From NCBI GenBank assembly GCA_964016885.1, contig OZ024742.1:373860001-373924000 (forward strand): DNA of 64,000 bases, given 5' to 3'. Below are positions 53,401 through 64,000 of the stretch, one piece after another; position 1 is the first letter of the stretch, and the number at the start of each line of letters is the position of its first letter. The translations under genes were made by a program, and so were the position numbers. The notes beneath the pieces were generated by a model, which was given only the letters and a program-made list of their open reading frames with translations, was not told where the DNA came from and did not search any database. The DNA comes from Eledone cirrhosa. Taxonomy: Eukaryota.

Positions 53401-56400
53401 CTCTTTACAGTGTGGACTGGGCGCTTTTTGTCATGACACCAACACAACTTCTTTACAGTGTGAACTGAGCACTTTTTGTCATCACACCCACCAAAACAAC
53501 CTCTTCACAGTGTGGTCTGAGCACTTTTTGTCATGACACTAACACAACCTCTTTACAGTGTGGATTGAGGACTTTTTGTCATGACAGCAACACAACTTTA
53601 CAGTGTGGACTGAGCACTTTTCGTCATGACAGCAACACAGCCTCGTTACAGTGTGAACTGAGCACTCTTTGTCATGATACCAACACAATCTCTTTAGAAT
53701 GTGAACTGAGCACTTTTTATCATGACATCAACAGGACCACTTTACAGTGTGGACTGAGCACTTTTTGTCATGACAAAAACACAACCTCTTTACAGTGTGG
53801 ACTGAGCGCTTTTTGTCATGACAGCAACACAACCTCTTTACAGTGTAGACTGAGCACTTTTTGTCATGACACCAACACAGCCTCTTTACAGTGTGAACTG
53901 AGCACTTTTTGTCATGACACCAACACAATCTTGATACAGTGTGAACTGGGCACTTTTTGTCATGACATCAACACATCCTCTTTACAGTGTGAACTGAGCG
54001 CTTTTTGTAGAGACACTAATACGACCTCCTTACAGTGTGAACTGAGCACTTTTTGTCATCACACCAACACAACCTCTTCACAGTGTGCACTGAGCACTTG
54101 TTGTCATGACACTAACACAACCTCTTTACAGTGTGGACTGAGCGCTTTTTGTCATGACAGCAACACAGCCTCTTTACAGTGTGAACTGAGCACTTTTTGT
54201 AGTGACACTAATACAACCTCTTTACAGTGTGAACTGAACACTTTTTGTCATCACACCAACACAACCGCTTTACAGTGTGAACTGAGCACTTTTTGTCATG
54301 ACACCAACACAACCTCTTTACAGTGTGAACTGATCATTTTTGTCATGATACCAACACAACCTCTTTACAGTGTGAACTGAGCACTTTTTGTCATCACATC
54401 AACACACCCTCTTTACAGTGTGAACTGAGCACTTTTTATTATGACATCAACACAATCTCTTTACAGTGTGAACTGAGCACTTTTTGTCATGACACCAACA
54501 CAACCTCTTTACAGTGTAGACTGAGCACTTTTTGTCATGACACCAACATAGCCTCTTTGCAGTGTGAACTAAGCACTTTTTGTCATGACACCAAAACATC
54601 CTCTTTACAGTGTGGTCTGAGCACTTTTTGTCATGACACTAACACAACATCTTTTCAGTGTGGACTGAGCGCTTTTTGTCATGACAGCAACACAGCCTCT
54701 TTACAGTGTGAACTGAGCACTTTTTGTCATGACATCAACAAAACCACTTTACAGTGTGAACTGAGCACTTTTTGTCATGACACCAACACAAACTCTTTAT
54801 AGTGTGGACTGAGCGCTTTTTGTCATGACACCAAAACAACCTCTTTACAGTGTGAACTGAGCACTTTTTGTCATGATACCAACACGACCTCTTTTCAGTG
54901 TGAAATGAGCACTTTTTGTCATGACACCAACATAACCTCTTTACAGTGTGAACTGAGCACTTTTTGTCATGAAATCAACACAACCTCTTTACAGTGTGAA
55001 CTAAGCGTTTTTGTAGTGACACTAAAACAAACTCTTTACAGTGTGAACTGAGCACTTTTTGTCATCACACTAACACAACCTCTTTACATTGTTAACTGAG
55101 CACTTTTTGTGATGACACTAACACAACCTCTTTACCGTGTGGACTGAGCGCTTTTTGTCATGACATCAACACAGCCTCTTTACAGTGTGGACTGAGCGCT
55201 TTTTTCATGAAATCAACAATACCTCTTTTCAGTGTGAACTGAGCGCTTTTTGTAGTGATACTAATACAACCTCTTTACAGTGTGAACTGAGCACTTTTTT
55301 TCATCACACCAACACAGCCTCTTTACAGTGTAGACTGAACACTTTTAGTCATGACACCAACACAGCTTCTTTACAGTGTGAACTGAGCACTTTTTGTCAT
55401 GACACCAACACAACCTCGATACAGTGTGGTCTGAGCACTTTTTGTCATGACACCAACACAACCTCGATACAGTGTGGACTGAGCACTTTTTGTCATGACA
55501 CCAACACAGCCTCTTTACAGTGTGGACTGGGCGCTTTTTGTCATGACACCAACACAGCCTGTTTACAGTGTGGGCTGAGCACTTTTTGTCATGACACCAA
55601 CACAACCTCTTTACAATGTGGGCTGAGCACTTTTTGTCATGACACCAACACAACCTCGATACAGTGTGGACTGAGCACTTTTTGTCATGACACCAACACA
55701 ACCTCTTTACAGTGTGAACTGAGCACTTTTTGTCATGACATCAACACAACTTCTTTACAGTGTGAACTGAGCACTTTTTGTCATCACACCCACCAAAACA
55801 ACCTCTTCACAGTGTGGTCTGAGCACTTTTTGTCATGACACTAACACAACCTCTTTACAGTGTGGATTGAGGACTTTTTGTCATGACAGCAACACAACTT
55901 TACAGTGTGGACTGAGCACTTTTCGTCATGACAGCAACACAGCCTCGTTACAGTGTGAACTGAGCACTCTTTGTCATGATACCAACACAATCTCTTTAGA
56001 ATGTGAACTGAGCACATTTTATCATGACATCAACAGGACCACTTTACAGTGTGGACTGAGCACTTTTTGTCATGACAAAAACACAACCTCTTTACAGTGT
56101 GGACTGAGCGCTTTTTGTCATGACAGCAACACAACCTCTTTACAGTGTAGACTGAGCACTTTTTGTCATGACACCAACACAGCCTCTTTACAGTGTGAAC
56201 TGAGCACTTTTTGTCATGACACCAACACAATCTCGATACAGTGTGAACTGGGCACTTTTTGTCATGACATCAACACATCCTCTTTACAGTGTGAACTGAG
56301 CGCTTTTTGTAGTGTCACTAATACAACCTCTTTACAGTGTGAACTGAGCACTTTTTGTCATCACACCAACACAACCTCTTTACAGTGTGCACTGAGCACT

Positions 56401-59400
56401 TTTTGTCATGACACTAACACAACCTCTTTACAGTGTGGTCTGAGCGCTTTTTGTCATGACAGCAACACAGCCTCTTTACAGTGTGAACTGAGCACTTTTT
56501 GTAGTGACACTAATACAACCTCTTTACAGTGTGAACTGAACACTTTTTGTCATCACACCAACACAACCGCTTTACAGTGTGAACTGAGCACTTTTTGTCA
56601 TGACACCAACACAACCTCTTTACAGTGTGAACTGATCATTTTTGTCATGATACCAACACAACTTCTTTACAGTGTGAACTGAGCACTTTTTGTCATCACA
56701 TCAACACACCCTCTTTACAGTGTGAACTGAGCACTTTTTGTCATGACACCAACACAACCTCTTTACAGTGTAGACTGAGCACTTTTTGTCATGACACCAA
56801 CATAGCCTCTTTGCAGTGTGAACTAGGCACTTTTTGTCATGACACCAAAACATCCTCTTTACAGTGTGGTCTGAGCACTTTTTGTCATGACACTAACACA
56901 TCTTTACAGTGTGGACTGAGCGCTTTTTGTCATGACAGCAACATAACTTCTTTACAGTGTGGACTGAGCACTTTTTGTCATGACACCAACAAACTCTTTA
57001 CAGTGTGGACTGAGCGCTTTTTGTCATGACACCAAAACAACCTCTTTACAGTGTGAAATGAGCACTTTTTGTCATGACACCAACACAACCTCTTTACAGT
57101 GTGAACTGAGCACTTTTTGTCATGACATCAACACAACATCTTTACAGTGTGGACTGAGCGCTTTTTGTCATGACAGCAACACAGCCTCTTTACAGTGTGA
57201 ACTGAGCACTTTTTGTCATGACATCAACAAAACCACTTTACAGTGTGAACTGAGCACTTTTTGTCATGACACCAACACAAACTCTTTATAGTGAGGACTG
57301 AGCGCTTTTTGTCATGACACCAAAACAACCTCTTTACAGTGTAAACTGAGCACTTTTTGTCATGATACCAACACAACCTCTTTTCAGTGTGAAATGAGCA
57401 CTTTTTGTCATGACACCAACACAACCTCTTTACAGTGTGAACTGAGCACTTTTTGTCATGAAATCAACACAACCTCTTTATAGTGTGAACTAAGCGTTTT
57501 TGTAGTGACACTAAAACAAACTCTTTACAGTGTGAACTGAGCACTTTTTGTCATCACACTAACACAACCTCTTTACATTGTTAACTGAGCACTTTTTATG
57601 ATGACACTAACACAACCTCTTTACCGTGTGGACTGAGCGCTTTTTGTCATGACATCAACACAGACTCTTTACAGTGTGGACTGAGCGCTTTTTGTCATGA
57701 CATCAACACAACCTCTTTACAGTGTGAACTGAGCACTTTTTGTCATGACACCAACACAACCTCTTTACAGTATGAACTGAGCACTTTTTGTCATGACACC
57801 AACACAACCTCTTTACAATGTGGACAAAGGGCTTTTTGTCATGACATCAACATAGCTTCTTTAGAGTGTGGACTGAGCGCTTTTTGTCATGACACCAACA
57901 CAACCTCTTTACCATGTGAACTGAGCACTTTTTGTCATGACATCAACACAACCTCTTTACGGTGTGAACTGAGCACTTTTTGTCATGACACCAACACAAC
58001 CTCTTTACAGTGTGAACTGAGCACTTTTTGTCATGGCACCAACACAACCTCTTTACAATGTGGACAAAGGGCTTTTTGTCATGACATCAACATAGCTTCT
58101 TTAGAGTGTGAACTGAGCACTTTTTGTCATGACAGTAACACAGCCTGGTTACAGTGTGAACTGAGCACTTTTTGTCATGACATCAACACAACTTCTTTAC
58201 ACTGTGAACTGAGCACTTTTTGTCATCACACCCACCAAAACAACCTCTTTATAGTGTGGCCTGAGCACTTTTTGTCATGACACTAACACAACCTCTTTAC
58301 AGTGTGGATTGAGCGCTTTTTGTCATGACAGCAACACAACTTTACAGTGTGGACTGAGCGCTTTTCGTCATGACAGTAACACAGCCTCGTTACAGTGTGA
58401 ACTGAGCACTCTTTGTCATGATACCAACACAATCTCTTTACAATGTGAACTGAGCACTTTTTATCATGACATCAACAGGACCACTTTACAGTGTGGACTG
58501 AGCACTTTTTGTCATGACAAAAACACAACCTCTTTACAGTGTGGACTGAGCGCTTTTTGTCATGACAGCAACACAACCTCTTTACAGTGTAGACTGAGCA
58601 CTTTTTGTCATGACACCAACACAGCCTCTTTACAGTGTGAACTGAGCACTTTTTGTCATGACACCAACACAATCTCGATACAGTGTGAACTGAGCACTTT
58701 TTGTCATGACATCAACACATCCTCTTTACAGTGTGAACTGAGCGCTTTTTGTAGTGACACTAATACAACCTCTTTACAGTGTAAACTGAGCACTTTTTGT
58801 CATCACACCAACATAACCTCTTTACAGTGTGCACTGAGCACTTTTTGTCACGACACTAACACAACCTCTTTACAGTGTGGACTGAGCGTTTTTTGTCATG
58901 ACAGCAACACAGCCTCTTTACAGTGTGAACTGAGCACTTTTTGTAGTGACACTAATACAACCTCTTTACAGTGTGAACTGAACGCTTTTTGTCATCACAC
59001 CAACAGAACCGCTTTACAGTGTGAACTGAGCACTTTTTGTCATGACACCAACACAACCTCTTTACAGTGTGAACTGATCATTTTTGTCATGATACCAACA
59101 CAACCTCTTTACAGTGTAAACAGAGCACTTTTTGTCATGACATCAACACACTCTCTTTACAGTGTGAACTGAGCACTTTTTATTATGACATCAACACAAT
59201 CTCTTTACAGTGTGAACTGAGCACTTTTTGTCATGACACTAACACAACATCTTTACAGTGTGGACTGAGCGCTTTTTGTTATGACAGCAACACAGCCTCT
59301 TTACAGTGTAGACTGAGCACTTTTTGTCATGACACCAACATAGCCATTTTACAGTGTGAACTGAGCACTTTTTGTCATGACACCAAAACATCCTCTTTAC

Positions 59401-62400
59401 AGTGTGGTCTGAGCACTTTTTGTCATGACACTAACACAACATCTTTACAGTGTGGACTGAGCGCTTTTTGTCATGACAGCAACACAGCCTCTTTACAGTG
59501 TGAACTGAGCACTTTTTGTCATGACATCAACAAAACCACTTTACAGTGTGAACTGAGCACTTTTTGTCATGACACCAACACAAACTCTTTACAGTGTGGA
59601 CTGAGCGCTTTTTGTCATGACACCAAAACAACCTCTTTACAGTGTGAACTGAGCACTTTTTGTCATGACATCAACAAAACCACTTTACAGTGTGAACTGA
59701 GCACTTTTTGTCATGACACCAACACAAACTCTTTACAGTGTGGACTGAGCGCTTTTTGTCATGACATCAACACAACCTCTTTTCAGTGTGAAATGAGCAC
59801 TTTTTGTCATGACACCAACACAACCTCTTTACAATGTGGACTGAGCGCTTTTTGTCATGACAGCAACACAACCTGTTTACAGTGTAGACTGAGCACTTTT
59901 TGTCATGACACCAACACAGCCTCTTTACAGTGTGAACTGAGCACTTTTTGTCATGACACCAACACAATCTCGATACAGTGTGAACTGGGCACTTTTTGTC
60001 ATGACATCAACACATCCTCTTTACAGTGTGAACTGAGCGCTTTTTGTAGTGACACTAATACAACCTCTTTACAGTGTGAACTGAGCACTTTTTGTCATCA
60101 CACCAACACAACCTCTTTACAGTGTGCACTGAGCACTTTTTGTCATGACACTAACACAACCTCTTTACAGTGTGGACTGAGCGCTTTTTGTCATGACAGC
60201 AACACAGCCTCTTTACAGTGTGAACTGAGCACTTTTTGTAGTGACACTAATACAACCTCTTTACAGTGTGAACTGAACACTTTTTGTCATCACACCAACA
60301 CAACCGCTTTACAGTGTGAACTGAGCACTTTTTGTCATGACACCAACACAACCTCTTTACAGTGTGAACTGATCATTTTTGTCATGATACCAACACAACC
60401 TCTTTACAGTGTGAACTGAGCACTTTTTGTCATCACATCAACACACCCTCTTTACAGTGTGAACTGAGCACTTTTTATTATGACATCAAAACAATCTCTT
60501 TACAGTGTGAACTGAGCACTTTTTGTCATGACACCAACACAACCTCTTTACAGTGTAGACTGAGCACTTTTTGTCATGACACCAACATAGCCTCTTTGCA
60601 GTGTGAACTAAGCACTTTTTGTCATGACACCAAAACATCCTCTTTACAGTGTGGTCTGAGCACTTTTTGTCATGACACTAACACAACATCTTTACAGTGT
60701 GGACTGAGCGCTTTTTGTCATGACAGCAACACAGCCTCTTTACAGTGTGAACTGAGCACTTTTTGTCATGACATCAACAAAACCACTTTACAGTGTGAAC
60801 TGAGCACTTTTTGTCATGACACCAACACAAACTCTTTATAGTGTGGACTGAGCGCTTTTTGTCATGACACCAAAACAACCTCTTTACAGTGTGAACTGAG
60901 CACTTTTTGTCATGATACCAACACAACCTCTTTTCAGTGTGAAATGAGCACTTTTTGTCATGACACCAACACAACCTCTTTACAGTGTGAACTGAGCACT
61001 TTTTGTCATGAAATCAACACAACCTCTTTACAGTGTGAACTAAGCGTTTTTGTAGTGACACTAAAACAAACTCTTTACAGTGTGAACTGAGCACTTTTTG
61101 TCATCACACTAACACAACCTATTTACATTGTTAACTGAGCACTTTTTGTGATGACACTAACACAACCTCTTTACCGTGTGGACTGAGCGCTTTTTGTCAT
61201 GACAGCAACACAGCCTCTTTACAGTGTGGGCTGAGCACTTTTTGTCATGACACCAACACAACCTCTTTAAAATGTGGGCTCAGCACTTTTTGTCATGACA
61301 CCAACACAACCTCGATACAGTGTGGACTGAGCACTTTTTGTCATGACACCAACACAACCTCTTTACAGTGTGAACAGCACTTTTTGTCATGACATCAACA
61401 CAACCTCTTTACAGTGTGAACTGAGCGCTTTTTGTAGTGACACTAATACAATCTCTTTACAGTGTCAACTGAGCACTTTTTGTCATGACACCAAAACAAC
61501 ATCTTTACAGTGTGGTCTGAGCAGTTTTTTGTCATGACACTAACACAACCTCTTTACAGTGTGGACTGAGCGCTTTTTGTCATGACAGCAACACAATTTC
61601 TTTACAGTGTGAACTGAGCACTTTTTGTCATGATACCAACACAACCTATTTTCAGTGTGAACTGAGCATTTTTGTCATGACACCAACACAACCTCTTTAC
61701 AGTGTGGACTGAGCACTTTTTGTCATGACACTAACACAACCTCTTTACAGTGTGGACTGAGCGCTTTTTGTCATGACAGCAACACAGCCTCTTTACAGTG
61801 TTGACTGAGCCTTTTTTGTCATGACACCAACACAACCTCGTTACAGTGTGAACTGAGCACTATTTGTCATGACACCAAAACAATCTCTTTACAATGTGAA
61901 CTGAGCACTTTTTATCATGACATCAACAGTACCACTTTACAGTGTGGACTGATCACTTTTTGTCATGACAAAAACACAACCTCTTTACAGTGTGGACTGA
62001 GCGCTTTTTGTCATGACACCAACACAGCCTCTTTACAGTGCGAACTGAGCACTTTTTGTCATGACACCAACACAACCTCTTTACAGTGTGGGCTGAGCAC
62101 TTTTTGTAGTGACACTAATACAACCTCTTTACAGTGTGGACTGAGCACTTTTTGTCATCACACCAACACAACCTCTTTACAGTGTGGTCTGAGCACTTTT
62201 TGTCATGACACTAACACAACCTCTTTACAGTGTGGACTGAGCGCTTTTTGTCATAACAGCAACACAACTTCTTTACAGTGTGGACTGAGCGCTTTTTGTC
62301 ATGACAGCAACACAGCCTCTTTACAGTGTCAACTGGGCACTTTTTGTCATGATACCAACACAACCTATTTTCAGTGTGAACTGAGCACTTTTTGTCATGA

Positions 62401-64000
62401 CACCAACAAAACCTCTTTACAGTGTGAACTGAGCACTTTTTGTTATCACACCTACACAACCTCTTTACATTGTGGACTGAGCACTTTTTGTCATGACACT
62501 AACACAACCTCTTTACAGAGTGGAATGAGCGCTTTTTGTCATGACAGCAACACAACCTCTTTACAGTGTTGACTGAGCCTTTTTTGTCATGACACCAACA
62601 CAACCTCGTTACAGTGTGAACTGAGCACTCTTTGTCATGACACCTACACAATCTCTTTACAATGTGAACTGAGCACTTTTTATTATGACATCAACAGGAC
62701 CACTTTACAGTGTGGACTGAGCATTTTTTGTCATGACATCAACACAACCTCTTTACAGTGTGAACTGAGCGCTTTTTGTAGTGACACTAATACAACCTCT
62801 TTACAGTGTGGACTGAGCACTTTTTGTCATCACACCAACACAACCTCTTTACAGTGTGGACTGAGCACTTTCTGTCATGACACCAACACAACCTCTTTAC
62901 AGTGTGGACTGAGCGCTTTTTGTAGTGACACTAATACAACCTCTTTACAGTGTGGACTGAGGACTTTTTGTCATGATACCAACACAACCTCTTTACAGTG
63001 TGGACTGAGCACTTTCTGTCATGACATCAACACAACCTCTTTACAGTGTGAACTGAGCGCTTTTTGTAGTGACACTAATACAACCTCTTTACAGTGTGGA
63101 CTGAGGACTTTTTGTCATGATACCAACACAACCTCTTTACAGTGTGGACTGAGCACTTTCTGTCATGACACCAACACAACCTCTTTACAGTGTGGACTGA
63201 GCACTTTTTGTCATGTCACCAACACAACCTCTTTACAGTGTGAACTGAGCACTTTTTGTCATGACATCAACACAAACTCTTTACAGTGTGAACTGAGCAC
63301 TTTTTGTCATGACATCAACACAACCTCTTTACAGTGTGGACTGAGCACTTTTTGTCATGACATCGACACACCCTCTTTACAGTGTGAACTGAGCACTTTT
63401 TGTCATGATACCAACACAACCTCTTTACAGTGTGAACTGAGCACTTTTTGTCATGACACCAACACAACCTCTTTAAAGTGTGAACTGAGCACTTTTTGTC
63501 ATGACATCGACACACCCTCTTTAGAGTGTGGACTGAGCACTTTTTGTCATGACATCAACACAACCTCTTTACATTGTGAACTGAGCACTTTTTGTCATGA
63601 TACCAACACAACCTCTTTACAGTGTGGACTGAGCACTTTTTTTCATCACACCAACACAACCTCTTTACAGTGTAGACTGAACACTTTTAGTCATGACACC
63701 AACACAGCTTCTTTACAGTGTGAACTGAGCACTTTTTGTCATGACACCAACACAACCTCGATACAGTATGGTCTGAGCACTTTTTGTCATGACACCAACA
63801 CAACCTCGATACAGTGTGGACTGAGCACTTTTTGTCATGACACCAACACAGCCTGTTTACAGTGTGGACTGAGCGCTTTTTGTCATGACACCAACACAGC
63901 CTGTTTACAGTGTGAACTGAGCACTTTTTGTCACGACACCAACACAACCTCTTTACATTGTGAACTGAGCACTTTTTGTCATGATACCAACACAACGTCT
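23419..64000. repeat. 48-bp satellite array, consensus TTACAGTGTG(A/G)ACTGAGCACTTTTTGTCATGACACCAACACAACCTCT, about 845 copies, truncated by the window end
   Basis: Directly visible, with a 16-aa period in translation. It has recurrent 45-, 47- and 50-bp length variants, and the most diverged monomers lie at the left edge. Confidence 0.98.

Noticed and set aside
23428-64000. Cys/His-rich ORFs (CELSTFCHDTNTTSLQ and CWCHDKKCSVHTVKRL repeats) resembling zinc-finger, metallothionein or heme-binding proteins
   Set aside because: They are translations of the 48-bp unit on both strands. There is no C2H2 or CxxCH spacing, frameshifts and stops are copied in HORs, and the unit is probably SINE-derived.
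1-64000. CRISPR-like or other repeat-spacer arrays
   Set aside because: Units are head-to-tail with no unique spacers, there are no cas genes, and the context is eukaryotic.
1-64000. All three unit lengths (27, 24, 48) are multiples of 3
   Set aside because: About 1 in 27 by chance and noticed post hoc. The 48-bp array is frameshifted and the 24-bp array is open in several frames, so a shared coding explanation is unsupported.

Overview
Eukaryotic, repeat-dominated DNA with no intact gene I can support. The interspersed repeats resemble cephalopod (Octopus-type) elements, but that is from memory and unverified. Three tandem arrays fill about 95% of the window: a 27-bp satellite (1 to ~18410, open at the left edge), a 24-bp minisatellite (~19590-21686) and a 48-bp satellite (~23420-64000, open at the right edge). 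Nearly all ORFs in the track are translations of these arrays. The short non-array islands hold CT/TA microsatellites, a probable piggyBac-type MITE remnant, a SINE remnant, and a 1.4-kb 5'-truncated Penelope-like retroelement (GIY-YIG C-terminus) inside a (TA)n tract. Best leads: (1) a three-stem hammerhead ribozyme fold with a variant core near the 3' end of the Penelope-like element; (2) the 48-bp satellite appears to grow directly out of the adjacent SINE copy; (3) a ~17.5-kb stop-free, in-phase reading frame and nested higher-order repeats in the 27-bp array. I see no evidence of a novel multi-gene system.
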